From: Octopus sinensis
Lineage: Eukaryota
Reading direction: 5' to 3'
Assembly (NCBI RefSeq): GCF_006345805.1
Contig: NC_043001.1
Coordinates: forward strand, 47,678,001-47,742,000
DNA: 64,000 nucleotides
In this document: positions 49,195-61,399 of the stretch, in pieces
Position numbering within the stretch: position 1 is the stretch's first letter
How the letters are laid out: each line of letters starts with the position of its first letter
The notes under the pieces: generated by a model
Seen by the model: the letters and a program-made list of their open reading frames with translations, nothing else
What the model was told of the DNA's origin: nothing
The model's database searches: none
Position numbers and translations under genes: made by a program

Positions 49195-49342
49195 GGCGCA
49201 GAAGTGGTTGTGTGGTAAGTAGCTTGCTTACGAACCACATGGTTCCGGGTTCAGTCCTACTGCGTGGCACCTTGAGCAAGTGTCTTCTACTATAGCCTCG
49301 GGCCGGAAACTGAAAGAACCCGTCGCGTGTATATATATATAT

Positions 49343-49382
<40 letters not shown>

Positions 49383-49495
49383 AAACCCGTCGCGTGTGTA
49401 ATATATATATATATATAACGGTTCGGCAAGAGACCGATAGAATAAGTACTAGGCTTACAAAGAATAAGTCCTGGGCTCGATTTGCTCGACTAAAA
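49195..49495 (+). mobile_element. SINE family B, truncated by a LINE insertion
   Basis: Head and tail motifs; tail breaks at gactaaaagg. Confidence 0.85.
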
Positions 49496-49496
49496 G

Positions 49497-50249
49497 GTGG
49501 AGGGGAGGTACGACGACGATCTTGGGGCAAACCTGGGCGTCGACGAGGAATACCTGTGGGCTTATGTCGAACGACTGCTGTCACGTGTGGGACGTGTCGG
49601 TTTATCAGCCGAGTCTATCGTTGATATCGTCACGCCTCCTTCCTTCAAACGGAAAGGAAGAGCTATTTTTATCATACTTGTGGCTATGGCGAAAGAATGT
49701 ATCTGGTGGACGCGCCTGAAAGGATTAGAGACAAACACTTTCCTCTCTGGTCAATCTCTCATCAACTTCTTCAAGTATCACTTGAAGAGGAAAGTGAGAG
49801 TAGAGAGGCAAGTTTTGTCTAGTGAATGTTTTAAAAAAAGATGGGTGAATGTAGCAAGGATGGCATGTATGAATGACTATGATTCTATGAACCGTAAAAA
49901 TTAATACAGAGAGTTGCTTATTTGCAAAAAAAAAAAAAAAAAAAATATAACATGTGACTTCATTGACTGAGGTTACCGTGGTCTTTTCCGTAGGCTTTTC
50001 TTTCCACGGGTAAACCTCACCTGTCCTCCCCTTTACACTTCATATTGACATTTCTGTGATAACGATCCCTATTGATAAATTCCCCCCCCCCTTTTTTAAA
50101 CATTTTATTCCCCCCTTTTTTGTCCTCTTTCTTTCCCTTTACGATCCCTATTGATCGAAAACCAAACCCCCTTTTTATCCCCAAAAGAAAAGCTCTACCT
50201 TGTAATTTGTCCTGTCTGTGTGCAGCCCTGTGTGGCTAATAAAGAAAAA

Positions 50250-50250
<1 letters not shown>
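49497..50250 (+). mobile_element. Tx1/L1-like LINE 3' fragment with AATAAA and (ATCT)n tail
   Basis: ORF WAYVERLL...AKECIWWTR...FFKYHLKRK..VER resembles the post-zinc-knuckle L1/Tx1 region; aataaa at 50238. Confidence 0.65.
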
Positions 50251-50313
<63 letters not shown>

Positions 50314-50801
50314 CATCCATCCATCCATCCATCCATCCATCCATCCATCCATCCATCTATCTATCTATCTATCTATCTATATACATATTCACCCCCTCTC
50401 ACACACACCACACATAGTGAACGCTCTTTAAACCATTTATTGACTTCGGAAGGAGGTGAAAGAAAATTGATATCGGTCGGATTTGAGAACCAGTGGGTAG
50501 AAAACCGGATCGCATACCGCAATGTATCCTACACTTTATCGGCCCCTGACAATTTGCCGCGCCATTCCATCATCTTAAAACTTTTGTTTTCTTTTGCGTA
50601 ACTGGCCCATTTCCCCTTAATGATAATTAAATAAATCGATAAATAAATCGATATTGATCATTGTATTCTGGTTATCATGACATTTGAATTCAACGTGTTG
50701 TTGTTGTTGTTGTTCTTCTTCTTCTTCTTCTTCTTCTTCTTCTTCTCTTCTTCTTCTTCTTCTTCTTCTTCTTCTTCTTCTTCTTCTTCTTCTTCTCATT
50801 A

Positions 50802-50863
<62 letters not shown>

Positions 50864-50864
50864 T

Positions 50865-51465
50865 AGTGAGAGAACAATGCATGTTATCAAAGTGATACTG
50901 GGGTACAAATATACGAAGCCCAATATATCCATTATGATCATCCATCTGACAAGGTTTCACCAGGCACATGCATCACAACCGTATGTACGCAACATGGCAA
51001 TCCCATATCAATATAAACTATGCATGACCTTGAAGGTGGGGCCCAGTTAGGATTTTATTGAGGTCGAGTTGCCCATCCCACTCAAAAGGCACTACTACTT
51101 CTTCTTCTCATTATTATTATTATTATTATTGAGTGAGAGAGCAGTGCATGCCATCAAAGTGACACTGGGGTAAAATATACGAAGTCCAATATACCCATCA
51201 TGACTACCCGTCTGATAAGGGTACACTAGGCACATGCATCACAACCATATGTGCGCGACATGGTGATCTCATATCAAGATAAACAGCACATGACCTTGCA
51301 GGTGGGACCCAGTTAGACTTTTCTTCTGATCGAGTAACCCATCCCACTCAAAAGGTCCTTGAATAAGGGTTGTTTAAGGATGTTGAACGAAACACCCATG
51401 TTTCCAGAGGTGAATTATTAAATCCCAAAGAATCCCTCTCAACACATGGCTATGATGCTCCCCCA

Positions 51466-51528
<63 letters not shown>

Positions 51529-52102
51529 GAGTGAGCGAGCAGAGCATGCCATCAAAGTGACACTGGGGTAAAATATACGAAGCCCAGTATACCCATCATG
51601 ACTACCCGTCTGATAAGGGTACACCAGGCACATGCATCACAACCATATGTGCGCGACATGGTGATCTCATATCAAGATAAACAGCACATGACCTTGCAGG
51701 TGGGGCCCAGTTAGAATTTTCTTCAGATCGAGTAACCCATCCCGCTCAAAAGGTCCCTGAATAAGGGTTGTTTAAGGACGTTGAACGAAACACCCATGTT
51801 TCCAGAGGTGAATTATTCAACCCCAAAGAATCCTTCTCAACACATGGCTATGATGCTCCCCCACTACTTCTGCTCGTGATCAGAGATGCACATATCGTCA
51901 GCCACTAAGGGACATGCTCAACTGGTTAAGGTCAAACAACTGACAAGCAAATCTGTGGTATTGAGCAGAATATTTGCTGTAGCCCATCTTTTATACCAAG
52001 ACAAAACAATGTACATGATAACACTTCCAATCAGTTAAGATCAGAAGCCATGAGAGCCACTGCCTGGTACTGCATCAGGGCATAGGTACTGCATCAGGGC
52101 AT
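50865..52102 (-). mobile_element. Three same-orientation copies of the R4-like non-coding derivative (50865-51089, 51131-51465, 51529-52083) separated by (AAT)n
   Basis: Each begins (plus strand) agtgagmgarca.tgcatg..atcaaagtga; tandem 18-bp duplication at 52066-52102. Confidence 0.85.
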
Positions 52103-52135
52103 GGTAATTATTATTATCATTATTATTATTATTAT

Positions 52136-52330
52136 TAAAGTGGCGAGCTGGGAGAATCGTTAGCACGCAGGCAAAATGCTTAGTGGCATTTCGTTTGTGT
52201 TTGCGTTCTGAGTTCAAATTCCGCCGTGGTTGACTTTATGTTTCATCCATTCGATGCCGATAAGATGAGTTCTAGTTAACTACTGGGGGTTGATGTAATC
52301 GACTTACCCCACCACCACCACCACCACCAC
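52136..52330 (+). mobile_element. SINE family A
   Basis: aaagtggcgagctgggagaatcgttagc. Confidence 0.85.
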
Positions 52331-52357
52331 AAAAGAAAAAAAAATTTCGAAGCTGTA

Positions 52358-52810
52358 GGTGGAGGTGCAATGGCCCAGTGGTCAGGGAAGCGGACTCGCG
52401 GTCGTAAGAACGCGGTTTCCTTTCCCAGACCGGGCATTGTGAGTGTTTATTGAGCAAAAGCACCTAAGCTCCACAAGGATCTAGCGGGGGCGGAGAGGTG
52501 AACCCCGCTGTACTCTTTCACCACAACTTTCTCTCACTCTTTCTTCCTGCTTCTGCCTCAAAGCAGAGAAACCATGGTGTAACCCACTATGGTATAGTAA
52601 AACTTTCAAACCCTAGTCTAGATTGCGAATACTCTGTACCCCAGGATGGTTTCAGCTCTCCACCCGTTAAAAGCCACCGTTTACGGAATGAGGATGACAA
52701 CGTAGCTTTCGCGCTCGTGCAACCGCCAGTCTATTGCGTGTGGTGAGTGGATCTTCAAGTTGCTGCACGCATTCTTAGTAGCTTAGAGTAGGCTCAAATT
52801 AGAGATTATT
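52358..52810 (+). mobile_element. SINE family D (tail type 3)
   Basis: Family D head; long tail shared with 62345-62781. Confidence 0.85.
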
Positions 52811-52931
52811 CTTTGTGGCTAATGGCGTGAGGCCTGATTAGAAGAAGACAACAGCTGCATCAACAAAAGGTAAACAGAAAAATGATAATTTTTAACAAAG
52901 ATAATAGAGGAACATCCTCTACTACTACTAT

Positions 52932-53001
<70 letters not shown>

Positions 53002-53082
53002 GCTACTGCTACTACTACTACTGCTGCTGCTGCTACTACTACTACTACTATACTACTACTACTACTACTACCGCTACTGCTG

Positions 53083-53121
<39 letters not shown>

Positions 53122-53269
53122 ACAACAACAACAATAACAGCGACAGCATTAACAAGAAAACCAACAACACATCTTTCGCCAAAATTACTCAAGAGAGATG
53201 GGGTGGAAAACTCTTTAAACACTGTTCATATATGTGCAGCTGAACAGTCAGACTGAACCCATGGAGACC

Positions 53270-53890
53270 CTATACTAATAGGAGCGACTGCTTTGTGTTG
53301 TCCTCTGGATATATTATTCGAGGTTGCTGTTGTAACAACGATCTTGTTGATGATGTCAATTACTCTATTTTGTGCTTCACTTTTAGTTTGAGATTGATGT
53401 TAGTTTTCTGTTTTCTAAAGGATTATTTTGTTTATATATGTATTTAGTTTTGTTATTGCTTTGTTTGTCTCTTTGATGCTGAGTTTTATTTCGGGTTTGC
53501 GTGACTTTAGTGCATTGCGTTTGAGACTGTCTCTATTGAATTTTTTAATGTGATTGGCTACTTCTGTGTAATTAGGCTTGTGTTTTTTTTTTATGTTGAC
53601 TTGTGGAATATATCTTTTAGATACGTTCATAATTATTTTGACGTATGTATGAGGACAGCATCTATGTTGGTGATTGTGAAAAAAAAAAAACGTGATTTGT
53701 GAATCCGTGTGAAACTTTTTCTGTTGGGCTTTTTTAAAGTTTGTAAAACTGCAAGTCTATTGTAATGAAAATTTTGTTGGTGGTCCGTGGAAAGTTGGGG
53801 AATTTTTTGACAAGTGATTATCGTAGTTTGGTGTGGAGAGTTAGAATGTAACGAATAGGGAAAAGTTGTAGTTATTTTGAGGAGATTGTG
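53270..53890 (-). pseudogene. Decayed LINE (probably I-clade) endonuclease end and linker
   Basis: LSTDH (SDH-like) followed by ...SKRYIPQ..KK.KPN..E-type linker. Confidence 0.45.
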
Positions 53891-53984
53891 AAAGAGAGAG
53901 AGAGAGAGGAGAGAGAGAAAGAGAGAGAGAGAAAGGGAGAGAGAAAAAGAAAGAGAAAGTATGTATTGGTATGGCATATTGTAT

Positions 53985-54365
53985 TTAAGATGTAGAAGGG
54001 GTATTGCTGCTCTGTATTTGAAAGCCATGAGGTGTGTGCTTTGAGGTCTCTCCCAATGATTGCGTTTGGGAGAGTTAACGTGCTGCAAGTGGAGCCTGAA
54101 ATCTGAAACACACCATACTAACCATATCTGTCGGGCATGTGGAAGAGAGTGTAATTCGGCAGGAGGACTTAAACGACATGCAAAGGTACATGAAGCCCAG
54201 TTACAACTACAGCCGGCTATTACCAGTAAAGGTTTTGGTTGCCAATTTTGTACAAGACATTGTAGATCTTTAGCTGGGCTAAAAAGTCACATTCGATCAC
54301 AGCACCAGTAACAGTTAAGCTTCGTGCAATGGCCATACTCGATAACGAGGGGGTATCCATAATAA
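53985..54365 (+). mobile_element. RTE-like LINE 3' end with two C2H2 zinc fingers
   Basis: CRACGRECNSAGGLKRHAKVH and CQFCTRHCRSLAGLKSHIRSQH, then a 3' motif shared with 36102-36139 and (AAT)n. Confidence 0.7.
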
Positions 54366-54379
54366 TGTATGTATGTATG

Positions 54380-54420
<41 letters not shown>

Positions 54421-54438
54421 TATATAATAATATATATA

Positions 54439-54476
<38 letters not shown>

Positions 54477-54509
54477 CAAAAATTATTATAATTATAAACA
54501 TAATTATAA

Positions 54510-55585
54510 TTAGGGCTTAGCAAAATTGCTTCACCACATATCGAAATTTTGAAATAGCAGTTAAATACTATTCTACTACCATCATATATCTGCCAGATAG
54601 CAATACTCTCAAGACACGCAGGTAAAGAGGAAAAAATAACGAATCCACCCGCCTTTGATTAACTATATACGCGTTTCTGGATTAAAAAATACAGTATAGT
54701 ATTTCAATTATAAATTTGAGAGCAATAGCAATCAAGATATTTATTCGACCAAGCGCCATCGAACGCTTATAATTGAATACTATCCCTTGGTTCCGTTCTC
54801 ATAATTATTTCGCTAATCCAATAATCCAATAACAACAATACAAAGTATGTAGCACTTAAAACTGTTTTTGTGCATTTACAGAGAATACCAAACTGTCTTA
54901 CACATGATCTTGTTTTTAGGGATTCCCAATAAGTTATAAATATCCAAATTGTGAAGTCAATTATGTAATAACATGAAATTTGTTACCCGATAGTAAGAAT
55001 TCAAATAAAGTAGCCCCGAAAAGGACTTTAATGTGCTCCCCGAGTATATAGAACATTGGAAGAAATCCTATTATTAAAATCCTGAAGCATGTTACGTAAT
55101 AATAGGCTAATCAGATATGAGATAATAACAATTCAAAGTACATAACTCCGAAAAGGGCTTTTGTGCGTTCCCAGAGAATATTACCTTCTGGGACGCTAGT
55201 GGTATATTCGTGAATAAGTCTCTCAAAGAAATAAGTGGATCTATTGTTTAGGAAAATACTATTTACTTGTTTAAGGGTTGTACTGGATAAATTGCGAAAA
55301 AACTTTAGCAGTTCAAATACTAAGAAATAAGCATATTCTATTTCATTTTTACCAAATAATTTAGGAAATGGAATGTGTTATTTTCCATGGCTATATCTAA
55401 GGATTCCTTCCAGGGGCCCTGTTATCGATTTCTTCAACAATCTGAGTATGACATGAAGTTTTCAGACATGAGTTCTACTCACGTGTCAAGTTTCAGGAAA
55501 ATCGAGAAAACGATGTAGGAGAAGTTAGCTAACAACTCCACAAACACACCCACAGACAGAATTTCCCACATATGTAGTATATATA
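54510..55585 (+). mobile_element. Possible Helentron-associated non-autonomous element (HINE-like) with diverged internal repeats
   Basis: Three diverged 130-165-bp period units at 54830-55180; 3' gtgtcaagtttcaggaaaatcg...ggagaagtt...acagacaga...tagtata. Confidence 0.4.
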
Positions 55586-55589
55586 TATA

Positions 55590-57674
55590 TCTCTTATTAT
55601 AAAAGGCAGATTTTATCTGCCTCCCTTTGTCTCTTATAGAAATATACAATATAGGATTTCTTCAATAACAATTTACCTAGCATTTTTAAGAGTAGAATGC
55701 ATCGGGTCGTGCCAGGTCCAGTTTTTCAAATTTCAACCCCAATTAAGCAAAATTTAGAGAAAACTCACATTGTGGTGTCTAAGTCAAGTACTTTTCTTAG
55801 TGTGGGCTACAGCACACACACACGCACACACACACAAACGGAGCGAACTGTTTCACTGACGCTATCACCCTAATTTCTCCTCCTTTGTCTTTGCAAGTGT
55901 GCAACGATTAAAGTGAAGGTAATTCCATTTTTGTAGTGAGTGACTCTTTCACTCTGCATTCCCACTTCCTATTTACACACATAGACACGCAAATATATAA
56001 ATAAAATTGTAAGCTAACGTGTGTGTGTGTGCGTGTGTGTGTGTGCGTGTGTGTGAGTGTGTGTGTGTGTGTGCGTGTGTGTGTGTGTGTGAGGGTGCGC
56101 GCGTGCGTGTGTGTGTGTGTGTTGTGTGTGTGCGTGTATGTGAGTGTGTGACAGGAAAGTTTTTTAGGACGAATATAAGACCTAAAGTAATTCCAAGTAG
56201 CAGAAAGATCGCCCAAAAGTGTATATAGATATTTAAATGTATTTATATATTCATCTATACACAGATGTATGTATAATGTGTGTGTATATATTTCCATAGA
56301 GGTAACCTTTCACTCCATACAAAGTTTTTTAGGACGAATATAAGATCTAAAGTATATACAAGTAGCAGAAAGATCGCCCAAAAGTGTATATAAATATTTA
56401 AATGTATTATATATTCATCTATACACAGATGTATGTATAATGTGCGTGTATATATTTCCATAGACGCAACCATTCACTCCGCACAAAGTTTTTTAGGACG
56501 AAAATAAGATCTAAAGTTATCTCTAAGTAGCACAAAGATCGCCCAAAAGTGTATATAGATATATAAATGTATTTATATATTCATCTATGCACACATGTAT
56601 GTATAACGTGTGTGTATATATTTCCATAGAGGTAACCATTCACTCCATACAAAGTTTTTTAGGACGAAAATAAGATCTAAAGTTATCTCTAAGAAACAGA
56701 AAGATCGCCCAAAAGTGTATATAGATATATAAATGTATTTATATATTCATCTATACACACATGTATGTATAATGTGCGTGTATATATTTCCATAGAGGTA
56801 ACCATTCAATCCATACAAAGTTTTTTAGGACGAAAATATATATAAAAGAAAGGTTGTGCGTCTGTCTACTCCGATTTAGATTCCTAACTACTCCCACATT
56901 TTGCGATGCAGTTTAACCAAAACCGGGTATCTTATAGTCGTGATTCATATCGAGCCCTTCTGGGTATTAGCGCGCGTCTACGATGAGTCTACGATTTTAC
57001 AAATAATTTACCATAATTTTTTCCATTTTAATGCATATTTTTTTAATAAAGGGAAGTAACTATCAAACTTCACACCAATATGCGTGCTCATATGCGACGT
57101 AATATCACATCAGCAGCATTTCCTCACACCCTCCTTGCACTTGGCGAAGGCAAAATACCAGGGGATGAAAATGGTAATATTGCCATCGATTCCATTTGTA
57201 CCATTGTTAAGACGCCTTCTGATCTCAGAGATGCAGTGTTCCCAGATCTACAAGCTAATTATCAGAATATGGATTGGATTGGCAAAAAGGCTATACTGGC
57301 CCCGAGGAATAAAACTGTTCACCATATTAATGATGAAATGCTAAAACTCATTCCTGGGGAAGTCTATGTATATCAGTCTATCGATACAACTCCTGACCCA
57401 GAGGACGTCATCAACTATCCAATAGAGGTACTCAATTCCTTTGAGCACCCCGGACTACCACCACACTTTCTCAAACTTAAAGTTGGTGCCCCTATAATGC
57501 TCATCAGAAATTTGGTTCCCCCAAAACAATGCAATGGCACACGTTTGATCGTTAAGTCCTTATCTCCCACCGTAAAATTATATCAATATTTGCCCGAATA
57601 ATCATCATAATTCAGTGCAATCATTAACAGTACATTCAAGCAATTCAGCCCCGAGCAACGCCGGGCAATTCTGC

Positions 57675-57676
<2 letters not shown>
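55590..57676 (+). mobile_element. Composite non-autonomous Helitron with a Pif1-like helicase fragment
   Basis: 5' TC start, 3' hairpin cccgagcaacgccggg plus ctgcta; ORF 57080-57601 AILAPRN..V..IN...YPIEVLNS...GLPPH.LKLKVGAPIMLIRNL.PPKQCNGTRL. Confidence 0.85.
56153..56835 (+). repeat. Tandem array, ~165-bp unit, about 4.2 copies, inside the Helitron
   Basis: tttccataga recurs at 56291, 56455, 56621, 56787. Confidence 0.95.
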
Positions 57677-57726
<50 letters not shown>

Positions 57727-57728
<2 letters not shown>

Positions 57729-59117
57729 TGTGTGAGTTAGAGGTTGGGAAACCAACCAAGGGATAGTCTCTATCCAATATATTACTGGTAGTGTGCCCAA
57801 TTATTCATACTCAAATGCTGGTTATTGCGTGGCAATCTCGCAACTGTGTGTTATAGATGGGCGGGGGGTAAAAAGTGGTTTACCCTTAATTTATACGGCA
57901 AATAAGAAAATGGAGAGGATGCAAAAGCGACATACATCAGCGGGTAGACATGCTAGTATGTCTATTAGAAGAATACATGTAATAAGTATGTGTTACACAC
58001 ACATGTACTGATATTACAGAAAAGAGCAAAAGATCAGATTGACACTAGGCTCTAGTTCCTTACGGCCGTTTCTTCCAAGAGGCAACGAAATCCTCCATGC
58101 CATCTTCATCTTCTCAGTGTTCTGCAGAGATGGGCAGATAAAGTTCAGATGATGAATGTACCTCTAGGCTTCTTCAGAGGGTCTAAGTCGTTGGGAGAGT
58201 TAATACATAATTCCTCGTATAAGGAACAGTTAACAATAGGTACAGTGTGTTTGTCTTTTTGAAAGGGCAGAAAAAGAATAGGAGTAAACATGACTATGTT
58301 AGGGAAGCACAACATTATTAAAAATTATTTGGGTATAGGAAGGGGAATAAGCTACAGACTTCCCGTGATGAATTCCAAGATCCATGTCGTTTCGTCCAAT
58401 TGTGTATAGGTGAATATAGTCGTTCTCAGGAGAAGTTTTTTTCAAGAAGGGTTAATTTAGGCAGTAGTTCGCATTATGATTACATAGAAATACAGTGGTG
58501 GATTTGAAGGTATGGTCCGTGTTACGGAAGTGAAATTTTATATGTAAAGTGCCAGCTAATAGGTGCAACGTTGCGGATGGTATGGCATAAGCAGCCTCTG
58601 ATGGTGAACCCATCATGGGAAAATTTGGTATATGAGTGCACAAATGAGAGTAAGGAACCAAGTGCGGTGTTAATGTTCGTTATTTTTTGCCGATCAACAA
58701 ATCTTGGAAACCCTGTGTATGGTGGAGTGGGGTCATGGTCAGTCCTACAACCTAATAGGTCATTTTTCTAAATACCATTAGTACTAGTTATTTAACCCCC
58801 ACTAGTACTAGCGCCCCTCATTTTTCGTGTCATAATAACGATATTCGTATTACTAACACCTTCCTGTATATGGTAACTATATAATGTTTGCCGTATCCCC
58901 CCATTGCGCTATATGCCCTGGTAAGGAACTAGAACCTACTGTCAATCTGATCTTTTGCTCTTTTCTGTAATATTAGTACATGTGTGTGCAACACATAGTT
59001 ATTACATGTGTATGTATTCTTCTAAAACTTTCTAATACTTTGGAATAAATAGACAAACTAGAATGTCTATCCGCTGATGTATGTCGTTTTTGTATCCTCT
59101 CTATTTTCTTATTTGCC

Positions 59118-59122
<5 letters not shown>
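57727..59122 (-). mobile_element. Penelope-like non-autonomous element: inverted arms 57892-58063 / 58921-59122, internal hammerhead, one-sided tail to (TA)n
   Basis: Arm identity in reverse complement; tail homologous to 32388-32578. Confidence 0.7.
58058..58180 (-). ncRNA. Type I hammerhead candidate with 78-nt loop II
   Basis: Reverse complement: cct-ctgaaga-agcctagagg...cctcttggaa-gaaa-c-ggcc-g-ta-agg. Confidence 0.55.
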
Positions 59123-59205
<83 letters not shown>

Positions 59206-59224
59206 GTTCAAATTTACAAATACG

Positions 59225-60023
59225 TGGTCAAAATATGCACTCACTCTTTAAATGACAATAAATGTACTGTTTATTGACAATGATTAATGGTTAAACACAA
59301 AGTGGATAAATTCATTTTTATCAATGTTCAAACTGATGACCACCACTCTCCAAACACATCTAATACCATTGACCAATGGTGTTCCATAGTGACATGCAGA
59401 TTTTTAGGAGCCCAGTAGTTGCAACTGTGTCGGTTAATTGAGCCATGTAACTTAAAACTGGCTCCCATCAGTTGAAACAGTTTTGGATGTAAATGCTGCA
59501 TCTTGCCCAGATACCACTCACATAATTCAACTTTCTGGTTAGGATCGTCTTTATTTAGAGCGTAGATTAATATTGGAGTGTAACATTTCCAACGAACTCG
59601 CTTTAAAATGCGATGGGCACTTCATTTGGGGATCTCCATCTCACGAGCCATTTCTCATACAGATTTCAGTTGGGATTCCCAGAGGGCTTCCAGCAATTGT
59701 TCTTCCTTTGTGGGGTTGGTTGATGACCGTGGTCTTCCTGAATGCTCCTTATGGACATTAATCACAGTTCCATCTGATTCAAACCTATCTCATATGCGAG
59801 CTATGGTGCATCGCATTGGTGGATTTTTGTGAAACTGTCCTCTAAATTGACTTTGCACTTCCATATTTTCATGCTTTCAATAGCATTTTATGATAAATTT
59901 TCTTACTTCAAAATTAGGCATACTGCTGCCATTATTAGGGTCAAATTGATCGGAAAAGAATTGAAAAATTCAGTGAGTTATGGGGAGTCAAAATGTGAGT
60001 ACATTTTTGGGGGACACCCTGTA
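59225..60023 (-). mobile_element. Decayed Tc1/mariner-superfamily element (maT/DD37D-like, HTH N-terminus)
   Basis: Minus strand P.RCTI.RI.DRFESDGTV...SGRPRS...HRILKR..W.CY.P...SFKLHGSINRHSCNYWAPKN; TIR tacagggtgtcccccaaaaatgtactc. Confidence 0.75.
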
Positions 60024-60061
60024 CATATATATGAGTGTGTGTATGTGTGTGTGCACATATA

Positions 60062-60104
<43 letters not shown>

Positions 60105-60361
60105 GTATATCTCTCTGCTGTATATATATGTTTCTATTAATTAGCTTCGTGTAGCAATTTTATATTTTGGAAACCTACATCTAATACTGTTCTATCATTT
60201 CACATTAGTTTATGGATGTCATTTGTGATGTTCTATATCTTTGAAAGCAAGTTATAAAAGGATCTACTTGATCTGGTTTGAGTATATTTTCGAATGCTGG
60301 GTATTTTGTATTCTCGCAGGAAAAAATGCTTCTTAGAATATTATGTGTCATGAGTGATAAG

Positions 60362-60565
60362 GGTTCCAAATTTTGGCACAAAGCTAGTAATTTAATGGGG
60401 AGAATACATTGATCCCGATAATTAATTGGTACTTACTTTATCGATCTCGAAAGGATGAAAGGCAAAGTCGACCTCGGTGTAATTTGAACTCAGAACGTAA
60501 TGTGCCTGAAGAAATGTGGCTACTGCATTTTATCTGATTCGTTAACAATTCTGCCAGCTCGCTGT
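60362..60565 (-). mobile_element. SINE family A
   Basis: aaaggatgaaaggcaaagtcgacctcgg. Confidence 0.85.
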
Positions 60566-60894
60566 CTTATCTTGCATCATGATAAAATCTTTTAGTTCGA
60601 TAACGATGTTTTTAATGCCGTTAATGTTGCATCGAAATATTTTTAGATTTGTGCATCGTGTTTACAAAGTTAATTTTTGTGTGTGTGAAACGGTTATTTA
60701 TTTTTAAATGCTCTGCGATGACATAATATTAGGAAGTGAATTCACGGTAGTTATCTTTTTATTATCATTATTGATGCAATCATTGTTACTATTCATGTAG
60801 TTATCCTTCAAGCTGCGTGGTGTTTGAAGTTAAGTGGTATTTCTTGATTAATTGCGCAAATATTATGTTTTAATCATGAGGGAAGTACATTGAT

Positions 60895-61097
60895 TTGAAA
60901 CCAGAACAGGAACAAATATTCTAAGCTACCTAGACCAACGTTTTAACAGTTCCGCCAATCCAACGCTTTGTTATGGGTTTTTTTCTTATCTAAATGAAAA
61001 TGAAGTTGATACACCAGAATTTGAACTCACACTGACAAGAGCCGGAACAAATACTGCGAGACATTCTATCTGACGTTTTAACGACTTTGCCATCACC
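60895..61097 (-). mobile_element. Two diverged family A-type SINE heads
   Basis: gaatttgaactc...aacaaatactgcg...gacgttttaacg. Confidence 0.5.
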
Positions 61098-61399
61098 CTT
61101 ATTGTTTGGTAGTGGGTGGGATTGTACGAGTATTGTGTAGGACAGCTTTGCAAAGGATTTTAGAACCGAGCTTCGTGATACTTCGTGAGCTTCAGTCGTG
61201 CACTGGCGAAGTACCTTCGTGCTGAGAGAAATATTTTTGTGGCTCAGGAATTTATCATTTGATATACATCGTTCCTATGACCATCCTGTCTTCTTTTCTG
61301 GCATATCATATTTAGCACTAACGGGTTTTGAGGCGATATGGTGAACTATTTCACGAAAATTCGACTCCAACTTCATCCAAGGCGAGCAACATTGTAGAA

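Noticed and set aside
56153-56835. Regular ~165-bp repeats as a CRISPR array
   Set aside because: Whole units repeat with no unique spacers, the context is eukaryotic and no cas genes are present.
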